Positions 16,618-33,343 are shown, numbered from the stretch's first letter. The stretch is DNA of 64,000 bases from the human T2T-CHM13v2.0 reference genome, Homo sapiens (GCF_009914755.1 NC_060934.1), one strand, 5' to 3'. Numbers and translations: made by a program. Notes: generated by a model not told the origin, from the letters alone.

Positions 16618-17899
16618 CAGTGTTCCCTTGAGTTCTGTTCCCACGTCCAAGCCCTTCTCAATCTTCACAGGAGCCTTCAGTGACTTCATATGTCCTGCTG
16701 GTTCTAACTCCTGCTCAATTCAATGCTTCCTAATGCTAGGGATGCCTTCTCTCTCAGTAGGTTTCAGGGCTGTCTTTCACCACTGGAAACCTCTATTTGT
16801 AGATATGGGTGCAGCCTAGGTCCATCACCTTTAGCCCCAACCACCCTTAGTAAGTGGAGCTGAACATGTGCAGGGAAGACCCATCTGTGGGAATTCAGGA
16901 GAGCCAGGAGAAAGGCATGGATCCCCATCTTTGCTTCTGTCACCTGCCTGACTCTTCTTGCCATAAGTGTTTCACCAAAATAAATCGGGGGCCTGGCCAG
17001 GCCACTGGAAACACTGACCTTGAAGACTTTTCAGGAAATGATTTGCATGCAGTGCAGAAGACCTCTGACCCCTTCCTGTCGCTGGCACCTGATCGGATCC
17101 TAGCAGTGACCTCACCTGGGGATTTGACTGTGTGCTTCCCCACATGCCCTAGCTCTCTCTCTCTCTCTTCCTTTCTCTTAGCCTTACATGTTCTCTCTGG
17201 AGGAGATAACGCGCTTTACATTCATAACAGTGTGTCAGTCTGCAGAGAGAGAAATCATCTAAGGCCATGACCTCACTGCCACAAGTGTCACTGACTGCCA
17301 GGCAGAGCATCCATCGGGCAGGGCGCTGTCCCTCCTCAGCCCTCCTTCCCTCCATTTGCAGGAGGAAGGGTCACTACCATCCAGGTCACAGGCACAAAAG
17401 AGATTTTGTTGTCTGGGCTGCTGCTTTTCCAGCCCCTCTGACAGACTCCAGAAGGAGTCAAGGAATTGGGAAGGCGACAGCGTTAGAACAAGAAGGTGAA
17501 AAAACAGCAAGCATGCATCTTTCTCCCAGAGCTTCTCCAAAGCCAAACTATAGACTCTGAATGAGCCCTGAGCCAAGATGAGAGGTCAAGGTTCTTGTCC
17601 TGACTGTGGGCCACAGAGTTCTATGGTTTTAACAGAGAAGGTGGGATCCATAGCCCACTTCCAGTGGCTCCCTTTAACCAGTGCTGCCCCCTGCAGAACC
17701 AGCACAAGGCGACACGTTAATGTAACCCCAGCATTGCCATTGAAGGCTTTATGGGAGGCCTTGCCCTACTTACCAGAGAAAGCAAAGCGGGAGGTGTAGA
17801 GAAATGGGAAGCCTGACCATGTATGTTCATGTTCCATGTCACGCAGCATCCCTGTGTGTGTGTATGTGTGCACAGGAGTACTTGGTGTCATAAGTTTTG

Positions 17900-18234
<335 letters not shown>

Positions 18235-18405
18235 TAGCTAGACAAAGAGGCACACACACACAGAGAGGCAGGACGCTCACTTCTACAGTCCCTGTGGAGT
18301 TTTAGACCAAACGCAATGCCTCTGACCTTCTTTGGATGACATCAACTTTACCGGTCTTCATCTGGGGACCTGGGCATCAAATCCCAGCCTGAAGATCCCA
18401 GGATT

Positions 18406-18570
18406 GGCCAGGTATGGTGGTGTATACCTGAGGTCTCAGCACTTTGGGAAGTTGAGGCAGGAGGATTGCTTGAGCGTAGGAGTTTGAGGCCTGCAGTGAG
18501 CTATGATTGCACCACTGCACTCTACCCTAGGTGACAGAGCAAGGTCCTGTCTCTAAAACAAATAAAATAA
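18406..18570 (+). mobile_element. Alu monomer (FRAM-like)
   Basis: Single arm with A-rich tail. Confidence 0.8.
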
Positions 18571-19532
18571 GAACTTAAGATTGCTGTTAGGAAACAAGAA
18601 GGCTTTGAAGTCACAGACTTGGACTGGCATTAAGGTTTTCTGAACTGTTGTGGGATCAGGACCCAGTAGCTTCACTTCCCAGAGTTTCAGCTTCTTTTCT
18701 GTAAAGTGGACATCATATCTCCAACTTTCTGGACACCATGGAGTTAAATAAGATGGTGTATGGGACATGTAACTCAGTTCTTGACACATAATTATTACTT
18801 ACTGCTTGTTAATTCCTTCCACACGTCCACTGTGCATTTCCCTTCCCCATGCCAACCTCTTAACAACATCCTCATTACATCCTTATCCTGCTTCCTTTTT
18901 GGGTAGGAGATCTCCCAGTTGCCATTGTCTGGGAACACCCAGGCATTCACCGGGGGAGAGGCTGAGCTACTCCAAAATGGAGACAGTGCTGGGTGGACTC
19001 CTGCCTCTATCAGAATTCATCCAGGCCAAGAGCTCAGGGCTTTTTTAGCCAAACAACAGCAATCTCCTGCTGGCACGTAATCTTCAAGACTTTCACTTCC
19101 TCTGTCAGAGTGGAGGGAAAAATCAAACAGAACAAAAGCAAAATGAAAACCCTGGCCTGGACTTCCATTCTAATGTGCATGAGTGAGGTGGGCTCTGATG
19201 ATCAATTACACCAGCAGAACCAATGAATTACACCAAGAGAACCGAGTTGCCGGCCCAGCTCACCGGGGGGTGAACTCAGACACTGCTTTTCCTGCCTGCT
19301 TTCGGCTGCTCCCTCTCGGCCGCTCTTCCAAGCTGCATCCCAAGCTGTCCTTTCTAGCTGCTTGATTGAAGTGCCTTTCCCGTGTGTCCACAGCAATACC
19401 AGCATCAAGGATTGTCCACTGCCCTCTTAGGATTCCTTCCTCCAAACAGACCCTCGTGCTTCGTCCAGAGTGAGAGGTTTCAGAACAGGAAGCAGGAGGT
19501 CTGTGCGGAAATGTCACCTGGATCTTCTAAAT

Positions 19533-20057
19533 TAGTGATTTCAGCCTTGCGAGCACATTAGAATCAGCGGGGCAGTTTAAAAAGCCAGAGATGCCTGGGG
19601 CACCCTCGGGATTCCGACTTGATTGGTCTTGGGTGGGTCGAGGAATCTGTGGATTCTTTTTTCTTTTTCTTTATTTAGAGAAAGGGTCTCACTCTGTCAC
19701 TCAGGCTGAAGTACAGTGGTACAATTATAGCTCACAGCAACCTTGAACTCTTGGGATCCTGCTAGGAAGCTGGGAATGGCCTAGATCTCCAAGCACACCC
19801 CTAGGGGACTAGAGGGTGAGGCCTGCAGGCCAGGGGGTAGGTGGGAGTGATCCTCCCACCTCAGCCTCCGAAGTAGCTGGGACTAGAGGTGAATGCCACC
19901 ACACCCGGCTAATTTTTAAATTTTTTATAGAGACAGGGTCTTGCTATGTTGCCCAGACTGGTCTTGAACTCCTAGCCTCAAGCAATCCTCCCACCTCAGC
20001 CTCCTAAAGTGGGAATCGGTTGATTCTAATGAGTGCAACTAGGAATGAGCATCTGGA
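19533..20057. mobile_element. MER5-type hAT MITE split by an Alu
   Basis: GCACATTAGAATCA..GATTCCGACTTGATTGGTCT and, after the Alu, TGATTCTAATG..GAATGAG. Confidence 0.55.
19656..20012 (-). mobile_element. Alu (AluJ) carrying a roughly 76-90 bp non-Alu insertion
   Basis: Reverse Alu broken between TCTTGGGATC and AGTGATCCTCCCACC. Confidence 0.88.
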
Positions 20058-20243
20058 AAGAATCACTGTGTTGTGGGGAAATGCATATTTGCGATGTAAT
20101 TAGAATGCTGATGCCTTTCCGTGTACAGTCTGCCTTCACACATATGTCTCCCTGGATTCAGAACAGTATTTATCGAGCACCCACTCGTGCTGGGTAGGGT
20201 GATGGGTGCCACGGATCTGCCATAGGAAGCCATGGTCCCTGAC

Positions 20244-20591
20244 TGTATTAGACTGTTCTCACATTGCCAATAAAGACATACCTGAGACTGGGTAATTTAT
20301 AAAGAAAAAGAGGTTTAATGGACTCACAGTTCCATATGGCTGGGGAGGCCTCACAATCATGGTGGAAGAGCAAGAGACGTCTTACATGGTGGCAGGCAAG
20401 AGAGAGCTTGTGCAGGGGAACTCCCATTTATAAAACCATCAGATCTCATGAGATTTACTTACTACCATGAGAACAGTATGGGGGAAACCGTCCCCAGGAT
20501 GCAATTATCTCCACCTGTCCCTGTCCTTGACACATGGGAATTATTACAATTCAAGGTGAGATTTGGATGGGAACACAGCCAAACCATATCA
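20244..20591 (-). mobile_element. THE1 (MaLR) solo LTR inserted in an L2 fragment
   Basis: TGTATTAG..GAGACTGGGTAATTTATAAAG..ACACAGCCAAACCATATCA; flanks CTGAC/CCAAC. Confidence 0.93.
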
Positions 20592-20999
20592 CCAACCTTC
20601 AGGAGCTCACAGAGTGGCCACATAACTCCTGACATTCATGGGGCATCTGCCCTGTGCCCGGTGGTTAAGGGCCCAGATTTGGGAGCTCCTTACTGGCTGT
20701 GTGGCTTCAGGCAGGTTAAATGAACCTGTCAATACAATATCAGTACCTGCTTCATTGGAGCGTTGTGAGGATCAAAAGCCTTCTAACAGAGAAAGCCCTT
20801 AGAACAATGCCTAGCATCTCGTAAGTCTTTACAAGAGCCCACTAATCTATACAGAATTGCAGTTAATCATCTCAACAACACTATGAGGCAGATGTTATTG
20901 TTATGATCATTCCCATATTAAAGGTCACCCGGCTATGACATAGTGGAGCTGGGCCTCAAAGCCAGGTAGTCTGACCCAGAGGCAGGGTCTGGGCGCTTA

Positions 21000-21461
<462 letters not shown>

Positions 21462-22229
21462 CTAACCAGTTCTCCTAAGAAACCGGTCTCTGGACACAAA
21501 TTAGTCCCGTCTTCCCTAAAATAAAACCCGGCCTGCAGACATGAGCACAGTCCTTTGTGCTCTTCTCCAGGAGGAAGAAAAATGGTGAGATATCAAGCCC
21601 CTTCCCCCGGAGGCTTCTTGGAGTTCCTCTAAGTATTAATCTCTGAATAGTCAAAGGATACCAGAATTTGAAAGCCTGACGTTAGAAAGAAAACTTTTGA
21701 AGAACTGACTTCATCCCTCAGGGCAGAGGGAAGACGAAATTGATGCGTCTGAAATTTCTGGTCCAGAGAGTCATCTTCAGCATTACAAAGCACGTCAGGA
21801 GAACAAGGCACGGGGCTCCACAGGGGGTGAACAGGGAACTGAGACCAGCCTGTGTTGCCATGGGACACATTTCCAGGAAGGCTATTAACAGTGGGTGATT
21901 TAAATGAGCGAGAGACAGAGGCACATGGCTTTTTAAGCTGACAGGGTTAACATTTCCCCTCTTGACTACACAAGACCTCATTCTTACCTCCGAAATTCTT
22001 CTCTGCCCAGTTTTTCCCTTTGTCCCACTTTAGCAAATGGACTTCCAGACAATCAGATAATTCCCCGTGATAGCAGCGTGCACGGAAAACATGTCATGAT
22101 GATATCATCTATCTAAGACCCAAGAGTGAGGCTGCCAGGGGGTGGCCGGAGATGGAGGTCATTAGGATGCATAGAAAGAAATATGCTTTCTTATCCTTTT
22201 CAAAATGCATTCATTCAGCACAGCGGCAA

Positions 22230-22450
22230 GTGTAATGGTTAAGAGGAGGGCTTTGATAGCCGCCGAACTTGGCTTTGAGCCCAGTTACTTCACTCGTGGA
22301 GCTGTGTGAACCTCAGCAACCTACTTAACTCTTTGTGCCTCAGTTTCCTCAACAGTAGCATGGAGATAACAACAGTTTATCCTACGGTTGTCCTCAAGAA
22401 TTAGTGAAAACTTACAAGGGTAATGGTTGTATGCCTGGCATGTAAACAGT
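22230..22450 (+). mobile_element. MIR
   Basis: GTAATGGTTAAGAG..CTGTGTGAACCTCAGCAAC..TGTGCCTCAGTTTCCTC core. Confidence 0.7.
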
Positions 22451-22511
22451 CATCATTTTATATGTGGTTATACACCTTTACATATAGTTCTATAGTCCTT
22501 ATATATTATTA

Positions 22512-23022
22512 CTGGAATCTACAACCCCCAGGGCCACGGACCAGTACAGGAACCGGGCTCCACAGCAGGCGGTGAGTCGCAGGAGAGTGAGTGAAGCTTC
22601 ATCTGTATTTATAGCAGCTCCCCATCGCGCATTATTGCCTGAGTTCCACCTCCCTTCAGATCAGTGGTGGCATTAGATACTCATAGGAGTATGAACCCTA
22701 TTGTGAACTGTGCATGCGAGCTATCTGGGTTGTGTGCTCCATCAGGTGTCTAATGCCTGATGATGTGTCACTGTCTCCCATCACCCCCAGATGGGACAGT
22801 CTAGTTGCAAGAAAATAAGTTCAGGGCTCCCACTGATAGGACATTATGGTAAGTTGTAGAATTATTTCATTAGATACTACAATATAATAATAGAAATAAA
22901 GTGCACAAGAAATGTAATGTGCTTGAATCATCCCCAAACCATCCCCCTCCCCCTTTCACCAGTCTGGAAAAATTGTCTTCCTTCAAACAGGTCCCTGGTG
23001 CCAAAAAGGTTGGGGACCATTG
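22512..23022 (+). mobile_element. MER1A (hAT-Charlie3)
   Basis: GAAGCTTCATCTGTATTTATAGCAGCTCCCCATC..GGTGCCAAAAAGGTTGGGGACCATTG; perfect 8-bp TSD TATTATTA. Confidence 0.92.
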
Positions 23023-23044
23023 TATTATTATTTTTATTCATTAA

Positions 23045-23415
<371 letters not shown>

Positions 23416-23779
23416 AGGATTTTGGTTATTCTTTAAGGGATGGACATCAGTCTGTCTTGGAAGAAACTCTCATAGCACTCATCTGACATTTTGGTCACAC
23501 CACAGCCCAAAGCATTTTTATGTCATTTCCTTGATCTTGGTAGTTTTCCTGGGAAGGAAAAAGAGGTGGTACAGAAATTGACAATTTTTTGGGGGGCGCG
23601 GGGAGGAAACAGAGAAACAGAAATGCGAAGTGGCTTGTTTGGAGCCACCCGTTACCCCTAGTAGAGCTGGAATAGGTCTCACATGGTCTTGACAGAGCCA
23701 GTTATAGCACTTCCCAGAGTGTTAATTACATCGGGTCCTTGTTCCTCCACAACTGAAGAAGTCACATACCCCAAAATGA

Positions 23780-24173
<394 letters not shown>

Positions 24174-25207
24174 GGTTCCTCAGTGGTTCTTAAGCAAATG
24201 TGCCCACATCTCACATGGGAACACATGGTGAGGATGGTGAGGCATTTCCCAAACTTACTTGACGCAGACCCCTCTCCAGCATATTTTTGGAAATACTGGC
24301 TCCAGAAATGCTTTCCTCAAGGGGGTTGCTCTTTGAGACAACCACCCAAAATTACAAATACCAGTTTAAACTGCCCTAACTGCTGCCTTTCTCCCTCCCT
24401 TAATATGGTCAGTGAGCTGCAAAGAAACTTCTCCCAAAGCCTACTGGGCCGAGCCCAGCAAGGTTCAGGGGCCCTGACACTTGGATTCTGGAGTCCTGAT
24501 TGGGCCTCGAGTGCTGGCCTCTCCCATGACAAGCCCTGAGAAGCCAAGAATTCCAGCCAAGATTCCTGACCTTGTTTAATGAAACTGTTTAGAGCTTTCC
24601 ACAGATCAGAAAGCTGGCAGTGGGGAGACTACAGCAGTTACAAAAGATCACGGGGTCACATTTGCAGCCACTGTACTTTTTCTAACAGTTGGCCAGATGA
24701 GGCAGCTTCTAATTTCTTATCCACTCAGGCAATGTCATTACTCAAGGTCCATCTCATCTCTTTGTGGGCACCAGTATGTTCACAGGTACACTGACTGACA
24801 GTGCAACCTTGCATTCAACAAGAAGATGTGAATATTGTACCATCATGCACTACGCCCAGCTTTCCTCCATCCAATCCCAATCCCACTCCTCTTCTGCAAG
24901 TTGTACCCTTAACACACACATCTCTGGTTGCACAGAACTGTTGGGTTCGATATTTTCTATCTTCCCTTCATTTCCTCACTCTCTTCTTCCTGCTTCCTGT
25001 TCTGACGACATGACAGCAATCAGGAATCTGGTGGCTACTATGGTGACCTGCCCAATGAAGACCTCTTAAGGGGATGGAGGAAGAAAGCAGGCTTAGCTCT
25101 TCTAGAACCTTCCTTTCCATGAAAAACAGGGCACACCTTTTCTTCTCTAATCATCTCCCTATTTAACACATCACAGGAAAGATTGCTGAATTACAACGTG
25201 CTATCTC

Positions 25208-25510
<303 letters not shown>

Positions 25511-25541
25511 ACAATGTGTCATTTATGATCTCCTTTTGTAA

Positions 25542-25952
<411 letters not shown>

Positions 25953-26108
25953 TAAGTTCCTGGGAGATGGGGACATTGCCCGTTTTCTTTATTATACAGT
26001 CTAAAATACTGACCTTAACCAGGACATTGAATAAAAACAATCCAATGATGATTAAGATAAATGCAATGATTAATATGACTTTAGGGCTTGGCTGGAAGAA
26101 TAATTTCC

Positions 26109-26423
26109 TTTTTTTTTTTTTTTTTTTTTTTAGAGATAGGGTCTTGCTCTGTCACTCAGGCTGGAGTACAGTGGTGGATCTTGGCTTACTACAGCCTTGA
26201 ACTCTTGGGCTCAAGTGATCCTCCCACCTCAGTCTTCTTAGTAGCTGGGACTACAGGTGCATGCCACCACACCTAGCTAATTAAAATTTTTGTTTGTTTG
26301 TTTTTTAGAGATGGGGTCTTGCTGTCCTGCCCAGGCTGCTCTTGAACTCTTGGCCTTCAGCAATCCTCCCACCTTGGCCTCTCAAAGTTCTAGAATTACA
26401 GGTGTGAGCCACCACATCCAGCC
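26109..26423 (-). mobile_element. Alu (AluJ)
   Basis: Reverse Alu dimer. Confidence 0.9.
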
Positions 26424-27208
26424 AGGACCACCATTTCTAAAGGCATTTTGGGAAAATCACCATTTATTTAATTATCCACCTGAACAGGAGACTAAAGAAA
26501 TTATAGTTTTTGAGAAAATGCTTTCTGAGTGATCCTCCTCTGTGGTCATCTCTGCCAACAGGATTCCTGCCATAAAACGTGCACCAGAGTAATGCAGAGG
26601 GCATCTGTAGATGTAGTTGTAAAGTCCTAAGGTTTTCACTGAGACCCCAGTTAAGTTGGCTTTGGGTACCATTGGCGTCCTCCTGTTTTCTTCCTCCTTT
26701 CAGCTTGTACAACACTGAGAGCTTAAGACACATGGACTTTTCCAGATTGCCACATGGTCATGTGAAAGACACACCGGCTCCAGGCTCAGCAAGCCAGGCC
26801 CACATCATAGCTCACGGCATACAGGCTCCTGGTTCAGGAAAGGAAGGGGGCCTTGAGCCACCAGCCATGTCCCGCAGTGCTTGAGATTGGGAGGAGTGGA
26901 CTCCTAACACCAGAGTGATGACTCAGGTCTGAGCCGGCGTGTGCTGCCCCAGCTGGAGGCCCGACTTTCCCTGGAGAAACACTGAGCCTGCTGTCTTCAG
27001 AGCCAGAGCAGAGCAGACCATTCCTGTGAAGCATGGACTTCCCAGGTGCAGAAAGCAGAGGCCCATCCCAGGCAGCACAGTGTGTCCCTATAAAAATGAC
27101 GGAGTGAGGCCCATGGCTGTCTCAGGATGCTCTGTGGTGGGTGGCTTTGCACACATTGCTGCCTTAATACCTCACAATTGCTTAAAGAGGTCATTTGCTC
27201 GAGGTCAC

Positions 27209-28266
<1,058 letters not shown>

Positions 28267-28364
28267 TCATGCTTGGGAGTAGTAGAGACTTCATACATTA
28301 ACTTTTGTCTTGTTTCAACAATCTCAGGCCAAGGTTTAAGATTCTGGATGCCTGCACCATTAGC

Positions 28365-29109
28365 TACTATTTTAAAATAAAGAATTTGACTGGCTTTTGT
28401 CCCTGATTTTGGGGAGACAGACAGGAAACCCTTGGAATTTCCTGAGTAATAGGATTATCTTTGTTATTCACGAACCCTTTGGATCACCCCTGAGTTTACG
28501 CTAACGAGAATGACTTGGAATGGGGACTGATCAGCAGAAAGACCAAACATGTGATTTGAGCCATGTGTGACCATCTTGACCTCCTAACCTCTAGGGAGGA
28601 GAAGGAGACTGAAGATTGGGTCCAATCACATGGCCAAGGATTCAGTCAATCATGCCTACATAATGAAACCCCAATAAAAACTCAGGATGCTGAGACTCAG
28701 TGGAGCCTTCCCGTTGGTGAAAAGAATCAATGTGCCAGGAGAGTGTTGCCCTGTAACTCCAGGAGGAGACAGCACAGATATTCTGCATGTGGGACCCTCC
28801 CAGGCCTTATCCAATATGTCTCCTCATTTGGTGGGCCCTGGCTAGCCTCCTATATAATATAACCTTCATCATGAGTATGGCACTTTCCGGAGTTCTGGCA
28901 AGTCATTCTAACAAATTATTGAGCTGGAGGAGGTCACAGGAACCCTCATATTTGCAGCCAGTTGATCAAAGTAAAGGTAGTATGGGGACCCCCAAACTTG
29001 CAGCTGGCATCCAAACTGAGAGCTATCTTGTTGGGGACTCTGCTCTTAAACCTGTGAAATCTGCGTTAATTCCAGGTGGTTAGTGTCAGAATTGCACCGC
29101 GATATTACA
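28365..29109 (+). mobile_element. MER21-type ERV LTR
   Basis: AAACCCTTGGAATTTCCTGAGTAATAGG..AATCATGCCTACATAATGAAACCCCAATAAAAACTC..GTTAGTGTCAGAATTG. Confidence 0.8.
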
Positions 29110-29759
29110 ACTATCCTTCCTCTTGCCCACCCACTCAGCACGTAACACTGCAATACCTTGTTCCTCTCACAACAGGGCTTTGTCAGTCACAGAGAGACTA
29201 TTAAGCAGCTGGAATTATTTCTGAATGATTCCAAACACTTGAAGGCAGAGGGGTTTGGGGTCAACAAACCCCCAAGGTTGGTTGAACTTTAGGAATCCAA
29301 ACAATTATCCCAAGAATAATTTGGTGATTCTGTGACCCATTTCTATGCTCTCCTTCCTGTCTTCTGAGTGTCTTCTAGTCCATACACGTGGGTTTGCTTA
29401 AAATAGTTCAGCTGTCCCTTTTGTCTCAAATAAATGAGGAAACAGATCATGAACTTTTGTCTCTGCTAGCCATTCATTCGTGCATGAGCCCAGTCAATAA
29501 CACTGAGCCAGCCTTCTGATGGTCCCAGCCCCCACTGATTGGACACCCATCTTCCAGAGATCAGGTGGTTGGTTTCCTTATCTCTAAATCTCACCAAAAT
29601 CCTGCAAGGTACTTATAATTCCCATTTTAGTAACGAGAAAGTTGAGGTTCATAAAGGTAAAAACATTTCCCAAGGCCACAGACCATCTACATGAGATGAG
29701 ACAGAATTCAAACCGGATCTGACTTTGCACAAAGTGCGAGCTTTTCCCGCATTGGTGGC

Positions 29760-30153
29760 TCTTAAGTGCTGGTATATTTTCTGTTGGTCAGCGGCAAAAT
29801 GAGAAAAATAGGATAAATGTTATGTAAACTTTCAATAAAGCTAAATGTGTCTTATTTAAAAGACTATCCTTATTCAAGGCTGCAGTGAGCTATGATCGTG
29901 CCACTGCACTCTAGCCTGGATGACAAAGCAAAACCCTGCCTCTAAAAAAAATAAATAAAAATAAAAGACAGTGCTTTATTCTGATTTCATATCCTTTTTT
30001 GGTGTGGTGTTTCTTATTATGTAAATGAAGGCTAAAGTAGATGATAATATTTTTCATATACTGACTTGGCAAATACAAAAAAATGACTGCAGCCCCACCT
30101 GCCTTTCATCTGTAAATTTTCTGGTCTCTGAAATCAAAAAGTCTGGGAACTGC
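29760..30153. mobile_element. Old hAT-Charlie-type element (MER113-like) containing a 3' Alu fragment (29874-29965)
   Basis: AATAAAGCTAAAT..CTATCCTTATT; terminus AAAAGTCTGGGAACTGCTG. Confidence 0.45.
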
Positions 30154-30289
30154 TGCATCACGCTGCCTCTACCTGTGAGCCTCTGAGGGAAGCTCCAGAA
30201 AGGTGTACAATCTGCACTCTTCCCTGTGTTCAACTGCTACAGCCTTAATCCAACATGCAGTACCAAGTATGCAGGCTCCAGACAGCCTG

Positions 30290-30434
30290 TGCTGCATCGG
30301 ATTCTGGCTTCATCGCTGGGACCCACTCCCAGCCTCTGACTCAATATATTGGGGGTGCCGACCGGGAACTTGCATTTCCACATCTCAAGTGACACTGAGG
30401 CTGTTTGTCTAGGACCACACTTTGAGAACCGCTG
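30290..30434. mobile_element. MER5A fragment
   Basis: GGACCACACTTTGAGAACCGCTG terminus. Confidence 0.65.
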
Positions 30435-30609
30435 ATTTCAATCAGTCACCTTGATTCTGCTCCCTGTGTGAGTGTGAGTGACTGCTTCAGACATGGGAAT
30501 AATATGGACCAGCTGTGGTCTGGGGTGGAGTCCGGAATCGAGGAGTGGGGAGGGACATCTGGGGAATAATTTCCTCTATGATAAAAAGAGTCACGATGGG
30601 AAGAAAGTC

Positions 30610-30912
<303 letters not shown>

Positions 30913-31194
30913 CCTTTCCTGCTTTTGAACATTATTGTGCAAGGAGGTGGTGCCTGGGCTGCTGGGGCATCCCAGCAGCAGTGTAACCACTCCCTGCAGA
31001 GAGGACACAAGTCAAGGAGCCTCTAGAACTTACCTCGAATTAACTGCATTTAATTCCACCAATTAAAGAGAAACTGTGTGGAAAGATTATAATTTTTTTC
31101 TTGCTCATGAATGTAATTTGGTGAGAATACTGTAGTTGAACTAAGGGCTAAGAGTTTAGAAATCTTTCTAAGATTTATGCATTGTATGTAGGAG

Positions 31195-31310
31195 AGTGTG
31201 TGTGTGTTATATGAATGCATATGTGAGTGTGTATTCAAGTGTGTGCATGTTTGTGTATGTGTGTACATGAATATATGTATGTGAGTGTGTGTGTGTGAAT
31301 ATGTGTGTGC
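31195..31310. repeat. Degenerate (TG)/(TA) microsatellite
   Basis: Alternating purine-pyrimidine tract. Confidence 0.8.
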
Positions 31311-32619
31311 GGTTGACAGACCCACCAAACTTAACATTGAAGGCTTTAGACATCACATAGTCATTGGTTTATATGTTAAACCAATGTTTAATGTTAATCT
31401 CCCAAAGGTGAGTGAAAATCGGTGATTTACCCACACTTCTCTAACTCTGTTACTCATCTGTGGTTAAATGAAATGGAGTACTGAGGTCATTATCCTTTTG
31501 GAGGATTATTACAGTTCTAAAACACCTTTGTATCAATATGGTCTACTGATATTTTTTGTTATTTATAAAAGATTGACACTATTTTAAGAAGAAGGGCCAA
31601 AGTAAAGGAATGCCGATAAAGAATTTTGATAATACCAACATCCGGCCCACTTTATTGTAGTAACATATCTTAAGATCTATCGACAATTTAAAATTTAAGA
31701 ATCACTGTACTTACTGATCTATTGCTACCCTAAAAGGACTGCATGTGATATTTTAAAATCCTCTTCCCTAAAAGAAAGAAATTCTTGATCAGTTTGAAGT
31801 GGCACTTTGGCATTTCCTGGAGAATGTGTTTCTCCAGGGAATGGTCAAAGATCACTGGGATTCTAGCAGGCCCTGCTAGTCGCATGCTCTTCTGAGTCTC
31901 GCACAGTTGACGAGAATATGCTGGAATGCCTCTAAACATGTGTCCCACCGTGCGCTACAAAATCACACACTGCAGTCTCTAGGAAGGATACAGCCCCTAT
32001 TGGGAAGCAACAGTTAGTACATGAACTTGTGGCAATTTCGTGTATGAGTAATGGGCTGGAAAGACCAGTCACTGTCTGGTTGATAAGGGATACAGTGTGC
32101 CTTCAGTACAGACCTTCCCACAGATCAAAACCAATATGATCCATTCGGATATAGTTGTGCTTCAGTATCATTTTAATATAAAGCCTTAAGGATGGGGTCA
32201 TTTACATGATACTGGGATGCAACCATTGAAATCATGTTTTCTATTTTATCCCCAAGAATGATGACTGATTTGACATCATTGGAGCACAAAACCTAGTCCA
32301 CTTATTTAGATGGTAATCTGAACTCAGTATGAACACATGTGCATATATATTCTGCCTGTCATCCTATGACCTTGACACATGAGTTATATATGGCGTTGGA
32401 GGGATGAGCAGTAATCACCAGTGTTCATGAAAAGATCAGGGGATGATGTGTTGGAGATCTGGAAGGTTGGGCAGTTAAGACATTTTTTGATGGACTGTCA
32501 ACCCATCACTTTTCAAGTGAACTGATACTGAACTCTACGACTACTCCATGAAGCCTTGCATGAAATCGTATAGAAGACCAGATTATTAGGGATAATAGCA
32601 CCATACATTATGTAGCACT

Positions 32620-33270
32620 TAATAGTCTCTTAAATGCTTTCCTCAAAAGCCAAGGTAGTTAACATTCCCATTTTACACACGAGGTAGCAAAGGCCAGTGA
32701 CTTGCCTGGGTTACCATAGCTACTAAGCAGTCTGGCCGAGGCCTCTGATCCCAGCCTAAGAGATGCCCATGTTGTGCCAGACAGTCTTGGGGGCGCTTCA
32801 GATGTTCTAGTGAATTTAACCCTAATCACAAGTCTATGAGGCAGGTACTAGTTTCAATTTACAGAGAAAATTAGAGCAGCAAGACAGGAGGCAGCCAGTG
32901 TTCTCCGTTTACAGATGAAGAAACTGAAGGTTAAGGAGGTTGTGCAAATGGCCAAGGTCACGAAGCTGTCAAGCATCAGAGTCAGGTTTTGAAGCCAACC
33001 CAACCGGCCCCAGAGCCTGTGCTCTCAGCGTGCTGGAACCTGCTGGTCCTCTGCATTCAGGTGGCCTGGTTTTGAATCAGTTCTCCCATTTGCTGTACAA
33101 CTCTGAATAAGTTACTTTACTTCTCTGTGCCCCAATTTCCTCATCTGAAAAAATGGGAATAATAACAGTTACCTACCTCATAGAGTTGTGGGGCTGAAAA
33201 GATGACTCAGCACATATTAAACGCTTAGAACAGAGTCTGGTACAAAAATAAGCGTTCAATTAGCTAATAT
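32620..33270. mobile_element. Cluster of MIR fragments in both orientations
   Basis: TTTACAGATGAAGAAACTGAAGG near 32910; CTCTGTGCCCCAATTTCCTCATCTG near 33125. Confidence 0.7.
33202..33212 (+). promoter_or_regulatory. Perfect ARE/MARE (NRF2-sMAF) motif containing an AP-1 site
   Basis: ATGACTCAGCA, inside a MIR fragment. Motif match only. Confidence 0.35.
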
Positions 33271-33343
33271 GATGATTAATCACTAAGCTATATAATTTCC
33301 CAAAGCATTTGAAATATGGTGTATAAAATTCAGGTTCAATCTA

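Noticed and set aside
21982-22125. Minus-strand GAG|GTAAGA donor with a possible 125-nt exon
   Set aside because: The acceptor is weak (G-interrupted pyrimidine tract) and the length breaks frame.
31950-32560. Possible reverse-transcriptase-like motifs (SPDLF, LCSNDV) on the minus strand suggesting an ancient LINE
   Set aside because: Too degenerate to support by eye; needs a Dfam nhmmer search.
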